This document shows positions 22,676 to 33,690 of a DNA stretch of 35,325 nt, piece by piece. The notes under the pieces are model-generated. The model ran no database searches and was not told where the DNA came from. It was given only the letters and a program-made list of their open reading frames with translations. Source of the stretch: Chiloscyllium plagiosum (lineage: Eukaryota); the NCBI RefSeq assembly GCF_004010195.1, contig NC_057720.1, positions 9,618,289 through 9,653,613 of the forward strand. The letters run 5' to 3'. A program made the position numbers and the translations under genes. Numbering within the stretch: the first letter of the stretch is position 1; every line of letters begins with the position of its first letter.

Positions 22676-23018
22676 TAAAGATGGATAGAGACAAGCTTTT
22701 CCCCAGGGTGAAGGATTCAATAACAAAAGGTCATGCTTTCAAGGTGAGAGGTGGAAAGTTTAAGGGGAATACACGCGGCAAGTACGTCACACAGAGGGTG
22801 GTGGGCGTTTGGAACGCGTTGCCAGCAGAGGTGGTAGAGGCAGGCACGGTAAATTCATTTAAGATGCGTCTGGACAGATGCATGAGTAGGTGGGGAGCAG
22901 AGGGGTACAGATGCTTAGGAATTGACCAACAGGTTAGACAGTACATTTGAATCGGCTCAGACTTGAAGGGCCAAAGGGCCTGTTCCTGGGCTGTAAATTT
23001 TCTTTGTTCTTTGTTCTA
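22676..23018 (+). mobile_element. Young CR1 3' end inserted in an older minus-strand CR1 remnant (about 22630-23370)
   Basis: MDRDKLFPRV..TKGH..VWNALPAEVVEAG; (TTCTTTG)n tail; CTATC on both flanks; the flanks resemble the CR1 RT region seen at 1310-1420. Confidence 0.85.
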
Positions 23019-23383
23019 TCCTGTTTGTCATCTCCTCAAAGAACTGCATGATTATTAAACATGAATTGCTTTTCATGAAGCTATATTGACTCTGCTTGAT
23101 TGTATTACAGTTTCTGAATGTTCTGCTATTAAGTCCTTTACAGTAAGCTCTAACATGTTTCCAAGACCAGATTTCAAGCTATTGTTGGCTTATTGTTACT
23201 CGCCATTATCTCCTTCCATTTTTGCATAAAAGTATTACCTTGGCAGTTTTCCAATCCTTTGGAACAATTCCAGATTCTAAGGAATCTTGGAAGATTGCGA
23301 CAGTACATTCAATATTTCCATCTCCATTCCCTTCAATATTCTTGGGTGAAATACATCATGTCAGCTGATCAGCTTTTAGGCAC

Positions 23384-23509
23384 ATTCCTGATGAAGGGCT
23401 TATGCCCAAAGCGTTGATTCTCCTGCTCCTCAGATGCTGCCGGACTGGCTGTGCTTTTTCAGTGTCACACTTTTCGACTCTGATCTCCATCATCTGTAGT
23501 CCTCACTTT
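23384..23509 (+). mobile_element. P1 element, single arm, mutated hammerhead core, about 11-bp TSD
   Basis: CTGATGA-A-GGGC-TTAT-GCCC-AAAG-CG-TT at 23388-23415; TSD CTTTTAG(G/A)CAC at 23373-23383 and 23510-23520. Confidence 0.8.
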
Positions 23510-23569
23510 CTTTTAGACACTTCAGTTTACCGAGTACATTTTCTACAGTGAGACTTATTGTATTTGTGG

Positions 23570-23850
23570 CATCTCTTTCTCCCACTTCTCTCCCATCCAA
23601 GAATCTACTCCTACCTGTGTCATCTTCTGTACGTGGACGGCGTTAGGAGGACTGTTGTTCTGATCTAATTTATTCCTACGATCTGCAAAGCAGGACTTTA
23701 TATTTCTTTGTTTTTCTGTTTTTTTCCTCCTAAGAACTTGGACTGAAGAATCTCTATCTAGATACCTAAGACGGTGCCCTAAGGGATGACTTGTAAACTT
23801 TTCACTGTATTCATTTAAGTACATGTGACAACAAAGCTCATTCAACTCAT
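23570..23850 (+). mobile_element. Non-LTR element 3' UTR-like fragment, possibly Rex1/Babar-type
   Basis: Ends ..cttttcactgtattcatttaagtacatgtgacaacaaagc, similar to a recalled ttttcactgta..gtacatgtgacaataaa tail motif. Confidence 0.4.
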
Positions 23851-24129
23851 ATGGATTCTGCATACATTGATCCATGATTTTTTCTTCCTGTTAGACCTAT
23901 TCTGTCTCACTCTGCCAAAGCCACCCTACTGCCCTGTCCTTCCAGCCAGTTTGTGTCAGTCGTCATTCATTATGTCACTCAGCCGCTTATCTCATTGCAA
24001 GTCGGCTTCTTGGCCAATGCCTCTTATCCTTTCCCATTCACCTCTCACTCTGAAGACGATTTCTCGCAGTAAACCTAACAACGCTCCTGTTTCCCCCTCT
24101 AAATTCGCACTTCGGAACAAATTTCCAGA

Positions 24130-24554
24130 GTTATAAAGAAAGGTTGGATAGGCTGGGACCTTTTTCACAGGAGGTCGAGAGGTGACCTTATAAAAATTTA
24201 TAAAACCATGAGGGAAATACACAGGGTTAATGATAGTTGTCTTTTCCCTCGGATGGGGCATTTCAAGACGAGGGGGTGCATTTTTATGGTGAGTGGAGAG
24301 AGATTTTAAAAAGACAGAAGGGTCAAATTTTTAACACAGAGGATGATTCATGTGTGAAATAACTTTCTTGAGGAAGTGGTGGATGTGGGTACAATGTTTT
24401 AAAGACACTTGGATATGTACATGAATAGGAAAAGTTTGGAAAGATATGGGCCAGGTGCAGGCAGGTGGGACTAGTTTAGTTTGAGGGTATGGTCGGCATG
24501 GACTGGTTGGACCGAAGGGTCTGTTGCCGTGCTGTGGGACTCTATGAGTCTATG
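24130..24554 (+). mobile_element. CR1 LINE 3' end
   Basis: Colinear with 18690-19075; tail ggaccgaagggtctgttgccgtgctgt followed by ctctatgagtctatg. Confidence 0.9.
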
Positions 24555-25216
24555 TGCACCTTGGCCTTTGTCCCTCTCAGCTGACGTCTCCACTCACACT
24601 GATAGTGGTCCTTACTTGGAAATAAAAAGGTTGATTGGGTGACATGGGACAGAGGGATTACCTGTGTGTAGATAGGATCTTGCTGTGACTGAGGAATTCC
24701 AAGCAGCTTCTCATGGGTGATGGAAAGCTTTTTGGCTGCTTATCTGGTTATACTGCAAACTGTAATAAATCAGAGACAATCAATCCCTTTATCAGCTCTC
24801 TGTTACCTCATTGAATCTTACTCAATCCTTAATCAGAAAACAAGGAAAGACACCAAAACACCAGGCATGTCAGCTTTAATCCTGATCGAGACAGATTGAT
24901 GAGCCTCAGTCTCATCCCTGGGGACAAGGCTGATGAACTCAATGTACATGGCTGCTCTCGCTCCATCTTGCTTCTAGACATGAGAAAATATGCATAAAAT
25001 ACATGTCCACCTGCTATGTTGTTTGGCTAGTGCTATCGATGCTTTGGGCGGATGACTCCACTTTAACCAGACATGTGATCTGTGAATGTGTCAGGGCAGT
25101 AGATGGTCTGGTGGTATTGTCACAAGGTTATCAATCCAGATGCCCAAGTAATGATCATGGGATTGATTACAACATTTAAAAGGCATCTGGGTAGGAAGGG
25201 TTTGGAGGGATATGGG

Positions 25217-25541
25217 TCTAGATTAGAGTGGTGCTGGAAAAGCACAGCAGTTCAGGCAGCATCCGAGGAGAAGGAAAATCGACCTTTCGGGCAAAAGCCC
25301 TTCATCAGGAATACAGGATGCCTGTCTTGAAGAAGTTTTCGTCCTCTCTCCACACTCTTGTAAGGATGCCTGCCTTGAAGAAGTTTTCCTCCTCTCTCGA
25401 CAGGCCTGTATTCCCGATTAAGGGCTTTTGCCCGAAATGTCGATTTTCCTGCTCCTTAGATGTTGCCTGAATTGCTGTGCTTTTCCAGCACCACCCTAAT
25501 CTAGAATCTGGTTTCCAGCATCTTCAGTCCTTGTCTTTACC
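25217..25541. mobile_element. Fold-back P1 element with about 100-bp inverted arms, each carrying a hammerhead core; 10-bp TSD within a CR1 tail fragment
   Basis: Arms 25217-25317 and 25405-25505; TSD GAGGGATATG at 25205-25214 and 25545-25554; internal 36-bp duplication at 25315-25350 and 25363-25398. Confidence 0.9.
25281..25308 (-). ncRNA. Minimal type-I hammerhead ribozyme core (P1), catalytic core nucleotides intact
   Basis: Minus strand CTGATGA-A-GGGC-TTTT-GCCC-GAAA-GG-TC; the helix III palindrome ACGT is mutated to AGGT and helix I is only about 2 bp. Confidence 0.6.
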
Positions 25542-25574
25542 TTAGAGGGATATGAGCCAAATGCAGGCAAACTG

Positions 25575-26112
25575 AGTCATAGAGGTGTAGAGATGTACAG
25601 CACAGAAACAACCCTTCAGTGCAACTTGTCCACGCTGACCAGATATTTTAAATTAATCCAATCCCATTTGCCAGCACTTGGCCCATATCCCTCTAAACCC
25701 TTCCTATTCATATACCCATCCATTTGCCTTTTAAGTACTGTATTGTAATTGTACCAGCCTCCACCACTTCCTCTGGCAGCTCATTCCATGCATGCGCCAT
25801 CCTCTGCATGTAAATTGCTTCTTAGGTCCTTTTTAAATCTTTCCTCTCTCACCTTAAACATATGCCCTTTAGTTTTTGACTCCCCTACCTCAAGACAAAG
25901 ACCTTGTCTGTTTACTCAATCCATGCCCCTCATGATTTTGTAAACCTCTATAAGGTCACCCCTCAGCCTCTAACACTGCAGAACAAATAGGCCTGGTCTA
26001 TCCAGCCTCTCCCTGTCGCTCAAATTCTCCAACCCTAGCAAGATCTTTGTAAATCATTTCTGAACTCTTTCAAGTTTCACAACATCCTTCTGATAGAGAG
26101 GAGACCAGAATT
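25575..26112 (-). mobile_element. CR1 LINE 3' end
   Basis: Colinear with 271-660 plus the 3' tail (gagtcatagag..tacagcacagaaacaacccttc). Confidence 0.9.
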
Positions 26113-26658
26113 GCTGTTATAGAAGTGTATATTGTCATCACTTGGAATTTGGATTTTAAATTAAATGTGTGATTTCAGTCCTGTCAAGGTAATTTTTAAA
26201 AAATGTCAGGAAGTAATATGGAATAGTGAATTAAAGACATGATTTCTAAGAAGGTATGTGATGTACATTGTACCTAGCAGCATTCCTGTGGAGTTAATTG
26301 ATGAAATGTTTACAAAGTCAAACTTTTATGACATACAAATGAAACAGACTGGTTGCCACTAAAAGTTTGAATTCAATTCAGAAGAAGAGTTTCATATCAG
26401 CCAGGGCTGGTTAATTTGTGAAGTCTCCACTTTGTGAGTGTTTGTGTGGAAATTTTCAAACTGTCAGAATTAAAAATCAGGGAGACTGTCAGAAGTGGAA
26501 AGGGGTCTCTCGGCGGTCAGAACTGCAAGTAAGTCTCTAGGGCATCAAGACAGGTTAGGATCATTCAGTGAAAAATTAAAGAGTTACAAACACAAAATGC
26601 TGGAGAAACTCAGTAAGTCTGGCAGCATCTATGGAGAGAAATAGAGCTAGCATTTCAA

Positions 26659-27122
26659 GTCATAGGGTCATAGAGATGTACAGCATGGAAACAGACCCTT
26701 CCGTCCAACCCGGTAAAGACAATGACTGCAGATGCTGGAAACCAGAGTCTAGATTAGAGTGGTGCTGGAAAAGCACAGCAGTTCAGGCAGCATCTGAGGA
26801 GCAGTAAAATCGTCTTCCATCCAACCCGTCCATGCCGACCAGATATCCCAACCCAATCTAGTCCCACCTGCCAGCACCCGGCCCATATCCCTCCAAACCC
26901 TTCCTATTCATACCCATCCAAATGCCTCTTAAATGTTGCAATTGTACCAGCCTCCACCACTTTCTCTGGCAGCTCATTCCATATCCATGCCACCCGCTGT
27001 GTGAAAAAGTTGCCCCTAAGGTCTCTTTTATATCTTTCTCCTCTCACCCTAAACTATTGCACTCTAGTTCTGGACTCCCCGACACCAGGGAAAAGACTTT
27101 GCCTATTTACCCTATCCATACC
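26659..27122 (-). mobile_element. CR1 LINE 3' end interrupted by a P1 element
   Basis: Reverse complement of the 18716-19075 type; tail gtcatagggtcatagagatgtacagcatggaaacagaccc. Confidence 0.9.
26713..26813 (-). mobile_element. P1 element, single arm, 15-bp TSD
   Basis: gtaaagacaatgactgcagatgctggaaaccagagtctagattagagtgg..gcagtaaaatcgt; TSD CTTCC(G/A)TCCAACCCG at 26698-26712 and 26814-26828. Confidence 0.88.
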
Positions 27123-27194
27123 CCGACATCTGGTCAGCATGAATGAGTTGGACAGAGGGGTCTCTTTCCATCTTTATGATTCTATGACTGTAAG

Positions 27195-27455
27195 TCTCGG
27201 GTTTGAATCCTGCTGTGGCAGATGGTGGCATTTGAGTTCAATAAAAACCTGGAATTGTATCTAATTATGACCATGAAACCATCATCAAGAAAACTCATCT
27301 GGTTCACTCTGTCATACTACCATCCTTACCTGTGCTGGGCCTATATGTGACACCAGACCCATAAGAAATGTGATTAATTCTTTGCTGCCCCTTTGGAAAT
27401 TTATGGAAGGGGGAATACATGCTGGCTTAGCCAGTGATACCCACATTCTGTGAAT
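27195..27455 (+). mobile_element. SINE-B copy, 5'-truncated
   Basis: cgggtttgaatcc..gcagatggtggcatttgagttcaataaaaacctggaatt..gctggcttagccagtgatacccacattctgtgaat. Confidence 0.75.
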
Positions 27456-27519
27456 CAATTTTGAAAATAATACTTGTAGGGGAAATGAAAGAAGAAAGGA
27501 AGTTGTGTTTAAAAAAGAT

Positions 27520-27890
27520 TTGCAATTACATGGTAACTTTCACCAGAATTCTCAAATACTTTACAGCTGACGGAGTACCCTTATGGACTTACTCTTGTAA
27601 TGTTGGAAACAAGGCAACCATTTTGTACACAGTCAACAACCCCCAATAGCACAATGAGATAGCGACCAGACAATCTGTATGTTGTGATGTTGATTAGGGG
27701 GTAAATATTATTCGTGGCATCAACATTAACTGCCCTACTCTTCTTCAACAGAGTAAGATAGGGTCTTTTAGATTAATCTGAGGAGATGGGCAGAGCCTCA
27801 GTTTAACACCTCCGTTGAAAGATACTGCTTCCAATAGTGCAGTACACCCTTAGTACAGCATTAAGAGCGTCAGCCTTGACATTTGCGCTC
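27520..27890 (-). mobile_element. Deu-domain SINE (SacSINE1/AmnSINE1-like)
   Basis: Reverse strand reads gtgtactgcactattggaagcagtatctttcaacggaggtgttaaactgagg..gaagaagagtagggc..caacatcacaac..cagattgtctggtc..tttccaacattacaagag, matching the recalled Deu-domain consensus. Confidence 0.7.
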
Positions 27891-28845
27891 AAAGGTTGTT
27901 TTTGTCTGAATGGTGTTGAGTTTCTTGGTGTTGTTGGAGCTATTGCCATCCATCCAAGTCCAGACCATGCTGCTTTCAACATGGACCACTTCTGTATCTG
28001 ACAAGTTGCAAGGAGTGAAGATTGAGCTATCAGCGATGAAAATCCACACAGATGTGGACGGTTGACCAAGGGGCCCCAGTGATTCCTGCAGTGATGCTCT
28101 GGAGCTAAGATGTTGACCTCCAGTAGCCACAACCACCAGCCTGGGCTGATGAGTAGCAGTAAGAGTTTTGCCACACAGTACAAGGCAATAACCACTTTGA
28201 ACAAGCAATAACCCAACAATTTCCCCTTGCTATTTAATGGCATTATTATAGATGAATCATTCACAATTAATATCCTCGGTATTGCCATTGACAAGCAATT
28301 GAACTAGATTATCCATCTTGTGGCTACAATAGCAGGTCAGAAGTTAGGAGTTCTGTGGTGAGTAACTCACCTCCTGACTCCAATTCATCCCATTGACAAG
28401 GCACAAGTCAGGAGTATGATGGTGTATTCCCCAGCTACATGAATGAGTACAGTTCCAACAGCACACAAGAAGCTTGGCAGCATCCAAGAAAAGCCATCTT
28501 TATTGGTACATCCACCATCTTCAACGATTACTTTACTATTCCCATTTACAAGGTGTACTGTAACAATTCTCCTGATATAAGACTGTCCAAACCCATAACT
28601 TCTACCATCCACAACACCAATACATGGGAACACCTGCAAGTTCCTGTCCAAGCGGCCATCTTGACATGGAAAGACATCATCATTCCTTCACTGAGTCAAA
28701 ATCCTGAAATTCTGTCCCTAACAGCACAGTGGATGTACTTACACAATATGGATGATAATTGTTGAACTGTCACTTTCTCAAGGTCAGTTAAGGATTGGTA
28801 ATAAAGTTTGGCCCAGCCAACAATGACACATTGCTTAAATGAAAT
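27890..28845. mobile_element. L2/CR1-group LINE with inverted 5' part (27890-28135 minus, 28136-28845 plus)
   Basis: Both parts align to the copy at 32563-33690; 3' tail ctcaaggtcagttaaggattggtaataaagtttggcccagcca. Confidence 0.75.
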
Positions 28846-29089
28846 AATTGACAAAGCCATGCATTTTTGATCTCTGCACCTCTAAACAATGGAAAGATAT
28901 TCCTCTAATTCCCATTGATTCCAATTTTGCTTGGGCTCCTTGAGGCCACAATCAGTAAAATGTTGCCTTACTGTCAATAGAAGCCACTCTCACCTCATGA
29001 TTATGAACAGCATTGCACAGCAAATAGGGCAAATCCTACAGCACGGGGGTCAAAAGAAATTACCGGCCTGAGGTTTAATGTAGTTATCT

Positions 29090-29385
29090 TATAGTCATCG
29101 AGTCATAGAGATGTACAGCACGGAAATAGACCCTTCGGTCCAATTCGTCCATGCTGACCAGATATCCTAAAAGAATCTAGTCCCATTTGCTAGCACCTGG
29201 CCCATATCCTTCTAAATCCTTTCCATTCATATCCCCATCCAGATGCCAATTAAATGTTGTAATTGAACCAGCCTCCACCAATTCCTCTGGCAGCTCATTC
29301 CATACATGGACCACCCTCTGCATGAAAAAGTTGCTCCTTAGGTCTCTTTTAAATCTTTCTCCTCTCACTTTTAACCTACATCCTC
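29090..29385 (-). mobile_element. CR1 LINE 3' end
   Basis: LKVRGERFKRDLRSNFFMQRVVHVWNELPEELVEAG; tail gtcatcgagtcatagag. Confidence 0.92.
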
Positions 29386-29404
29386 TCTCTCTTATTTTGT
29401 TTAA

Positions 29405-29478
29405 TGTATATGTGTATGTCTGTGTGTATGTGTGTGTGTGTGTGTCTGTGTGTCTGTGTGTGTGTATATATATGTGTG
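29405..29478. repeat. Imperfect (TG)n/(TA)n microsatellite
   Basis: atgtatatgtgtatgtctgtgtgtatgtgtgtgtgtgtgtgtctgtg..tatatatatgtgtg. Confidence 0.95.
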
Positions 29479-30718
29479 AATCTAACACTCACAAATGGTT
29501 CTGATGAGCCTTAAGTTGACCTGCAATCAATGTTCCAAAACTTCAAAAGTCTTTGTCCACAAAACAATGCCAATGGGAATAAGGTGAAGGCATTTCAATC
29601 CGGAAGCATTGTCTGAAAGTGGGTCAGATTCAACAGTTACCTTCAAATGGTGAATTGGCTGTTTACTTGAAAAGGAGGGATTTGCTTGATATGTAGAAAT
29701 GATGGAGCACACAATTAATTGGTGCACTCATTCAAAGAGCTAGCAAAATGGGCTAAATGGCCTCCTCCGTCCTGTCACATCCGATGGAATTATTGAGTTT
29801 GGATCAACCATGATTGAATAGAAATGTTGAACAGATTGAAGGGCTGAATAGCCTCATTGTATTTCTACATCCTGCAGCAGCCCTTCATAAGGCATTTTAT
29901 TTGCAGCGATTTATATATTTTCTTAAGAGGCAACAAGTTGTTAAATGACTATAGTTAGTGGTTCATGTTAGAAGTGATGAATTAAATTCTATGATTGCAA
30001 TACTCTCTGTGTACAGCATCCTTTCCACACAGGGATCACTTCCCTTCCGAAGTGCTGCAATGAATATTTATTACGCTATCCTCTGTTCTCACCCTGATCG
30101 GCGCAAAACTTGCATCTATCATTTTAATTAGAGAAAAATATATGCACGACTGAAGCAGGCAAATGACACACAAGGAGCTGTTATCGAGCAGGTTTGCATC
30201 TGTGTCAGGGAACTGCAATGCAATTCTTGAGAGATTCAGCTTGAAACTAAAGTTGTGCAGTGTGTCATTCTGCAGTTGCTTCATCCTCTGGGTCAGAAGG
30301 GTTTAGGTTGTACTGTACAACAGGCCTTAATTCAGCACTTCAATTCAGGAGCCAGGGGAGGCTGGCTGCAGTGATTTGTCGAATGCTTTTTGGCAGCTCC
30401 TAGTCTTGTGTGACATCTTCCCAGAGCAACAGGACTTGTAAAGGTCAAGGTAGATAAGGCCTGGAACGGGCAGCCTCATTCAGTCTCACAATCGATAAGT
30501 CCCTAATCAGTTTTTTTGTGCTGAGCTGAGTCCTGGAAAGGAAAGAATATCTGGGACTTAAATTACAGGTATTCAGGAGCTGCACTTCTTAGGTTTGTGA
30601 CCTACAAGCTAGAAGGATTTGTCACTGCTCATACTAATTTGCTGCCTACAAGCTATTTTCAACTTTAACCTTTGCGCAGACAACAATGGGCTCTTGCATG
30701 ACAATTTTCAAGCACTGT

Positions 30719-30908
30719 TATGATTTGGAAATGCTGGTGTTGGACTGCGGTGTACAAAGTTAAAAATCACACAACACCAGGCTATAGTCCAACAGGTTTA
30801 ATTGGAAGCACTAGCTTTCAGAGCGTTGCTCCTTCATGTGCAACCACCTGATGAAGGAGCAGTGCTCCGAAAGCTAGTGCTTCCAATTAAACCTGTGTGA
30901 TTTTTAAC
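30719..30908. mobile_element. Fold-back P2 element (Penelope-like/retrozyme-like), about 12-bp TSD
   Basis: aagttaaaaatcacac..acaggtttaattggaagcactagctttcagagcgttgctccttcat is inverted as atgaaggagcagtgctccgaaagctagtgcttccaattaaacctgt..gtgatttttaactt; TSD TTCAAGC(A/C)CTGT at 30707-30718 and 30909-30920. Confidence 0.85.
30845..30879 (+). ncRNA. Minimal type-I hammerhead ribozyme, fully consensus core (P2)
   Basis: CAC-CTGATGA-A-GGAGC-AGT-GCTCC-GAAA-GC-TA-GTG: helix I CAC/GTG, 5-bp helix II, palindromic AGCT helix III, predicted cleavage after A30876. Confidence 0.75.
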
Positions 30909-31044
30909 TTCAAGCCCTGTGACTGAGTACAACTGATTCGATACTTCTTGTTCTAAAGGTTCAGCACAGGCCAGTGGGACAAGTGAGGCCTTTCTGTTTT
31001 CAACAAGACTATGAAAATAGGCCAAGGGGCTTCTCAGAGAAGAA

Positions 31045-31330
31045 ATGAAAGAGCTGATCGTTGACTTCAGGAAGCAAGGAGGAGGGCAAGGCCCTATCTA
31101 CACCAATGGAGCTGAGGTGGATAGGGTTGAGAGCATCAGGTTTCTGGGAGTGACGATAACCAAGGCACAACAATACCTCTCCTTCCTCAGGAGACTAAGG
31201 AAATTTAGCATGTCCATAAGGACCCTCACCAACTTTTACACACGCACCATAGAAAGCATTTTATCTGGATGCATCACAGCTTGGTATAGCAAGTGCTCTG
31301 CCCAGGACTGTAAGAAACTACAGAGAGTTG
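31045..31330 (+). mobile_element. Rex1/Babar-like non-LTR retrotransposon C-terminal fragment
   Basis: KELIVDFRK..VESIRFLGVTI..KAQQYLSFLRRLRKF..LTNFY..IESILSGCITAWY..KKLQRV, with an internal deletion. Confidence 0.8.
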
Positions 31331-31334
31331 GGAA

Positions 31335-31610
31335 CATGGGTTGGAATCCGAACATGGCAAATGGTGAAATTGGAATTCAGTGAACTATAGAATCAAAAGC
31401 TAGCCTAATGGTGACCATTATTGATTGTCATTGCTCCTATCTGCTCTAGCTGAGGAAAGGAAATCTGCTGCTTTAGCCCATGTTTCTCCAGACCTGAAGT
31501 AATGTGGTTGACTCTTAAATGACTCAACCAGACGTTCATTTCAGGGCCAACTAGGGATGGGCAGCAAATCTGCTCTTGAGAGTGAAACCTACACCCCACA
31601 AAAGGATATA
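31335..31610 (+). mobile_element. Degenerate SINE-B-like copy
   Basis: gggttggaatcc..atggcaaatggtgaaattggaattca..gtggttgactcttaa..caactagggatgggcagcaaat. Confidence 0.6.
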
Positions 31611-33180
31611 AAGAATAAGTGACATTTATATATTACCTTTAAGATGATGAAACAGTCCAAGTTTCCTATTAGGAGCATTTTAAAGTAAAACATGACATCA
31701 AACCACATTGAGAAATATTAGCTCAGATGATGTTAAGCTTGTTCAAAGGGATAGGTTTGAAGGTCTGTTTTTGTTCTGCCACACCCAGTCATGAATGGCG
31801 ATGGACAATTAAAAAGCTCATTGGAGGAAGAGGCACCACAAATACCCACATCCTCAGTGATGGAGGAAGTCTATATATCATTGCAAAAGTTCAGACTGAA
31901 GAACTTGCAACAACCTCCAACCAGAAGTTCCAAGTGAATGATTCACCTTGATCTCCTCAAGGGCTTCCCATCATCTCAGAAGACAGTCTTCAGCTAATTC
32001 GATTCACTCCACATGTTATCAAGAAACAGTTGGAGACACTGGATACTGCAAAGGCTATGGCCCCTGACAACATTCCAGCAATAGTACTGAAGACTCGCAC
32101 TCCAAAACCTGCAGATCCCCTAGCCAAGCTCTGCCAGTACAGCTACATCATTGGCATCTATCCAACAACGTGGAAAATTGCGCAGGCATGTCCTGTACAC
32201 AAAAAATAAGACAAATCCACCCCGGACAATTACCACTTCATCAGTCTACTCACGGTTGCAGTAAAGTGATGGAAGGTGTCACAGACAGTACTATCAAGCA
32301 GTCCCTGCTCAGCAATAACCTGCACAGTGACACCCAGTTTGGGTTCTGCCAGGGTCACTCAGCTCCTGACCTCATTACAGCCTTGGTTCAAACATGGACA
32401 AAAGTGCTGAATTCCAGAGGGGAGGGGAGAGTGACAGGCCATGACATCAACAGTGCATTTGACTGAGTATGGCATCAAGGAGCACTGGACAAACTGAAAT
32501 CAATGGGAATCGGGGGCAATAACTCCACTGGTTGGAGTCAGACGTAGTGCAGAAGAAAACAATTGTGGTTGTTGGAGGTCAATCATCTCAGCTCCAAGAC
32601 ATCTGTTCAGGAGTTGCTCAGGGTCGTGTCCTTGTCCCAACCATCTTCAGTTGCTTCATCAATGACCTTCATGAGAAGGTCAGAAGTGGGGATGTTCACC
32701 GATGATTACACAATGTTCAGCACCTTTTGTGACTCCTCAGATACTGAAGCAGTCCATGTTCAAATGCAGTAAGTTCTGTACAACATCCAGGCTTGGGCTG
32801 ACAAGTAGCAAGTAACATTCACGCCACACAAAAGCCAGGCAATGACTATCTCTAACAAATTAAACTATTGCCCCTTGACATTCGATTGCATTGCCATCAG
32901 AGATTCCACACAATCAATATCCTGGATGTCACCACTGATCAGAAACTGAACTGGACAAGCAAAATAAATGCAGTGCCTACTCAAGCAGGTCCAAGGCTCG
33001 GAATATTCCAGCAAATAATTCACTTCCTGTCTCTCCACTGCCTCTCCACCATCTAAAAGGCACAAGTCAAGTGTGTGATGGAATATCTTGCACTTTCCTG
33101 GATGGGTGCAGCTCCAACAACGCTCAAGATGCTGTCCCCATCCAGGACAAAGCAGCCCACTTGATTGGCACCACATCCAT

Positions 33181-33413
33181 TGGGATAACTCAGTGGGAAC
33201 TGATATCCTAGCACCAAGTCACCCTTTATTTACATGGGTATAGTACTAGACACCAGTCTGGCTTCCTCAGTGCCAGCTCTCAGAGTGATCGGAACCCCTG
33301 ATCCCCCTGTTCTTATCTGTCAGCCAGAGCTCCCTATTTGTACTAGATTAATAGCCCCAACCAGGAGGCCATTTTATGAGGTCCACCTGACTGACCTTAA
33401 TATAATCGCCACA
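33181..33413 (-). mobile_element. Short solo LTR (233 bp, Gypsy-like)
   Basis: Reverse strand TGTGGCG...TATCCCA termini with internal AATAAA; interrupts the LINE 3' region; no clear TSD. Confidence 0.65.
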
Positions 33414-33690
33414 TTCTCTCCCTCCACCGATGCTCAGTAGCATCAGTATGTTCCATCGACAAGATGCACTGCAACAATTCACAAAGGCGCCTTCAGCAGC
33501 ACCTTCCAAACCCATTGCCACTACCATCTAGAAGGACAAGGGCAGTAGATACATGAGCACACTGTTAACTGCAAGATCCTTCCCCCCACAAGCCACTCGC
33601 CATCCTGACTTGTAAATATATCTCAGTTCCTTCAGTGTTGTTGGGTCAAAATCCTGGGCCCCTCCTAAGGGTATTGTGGGTCTACCTACA

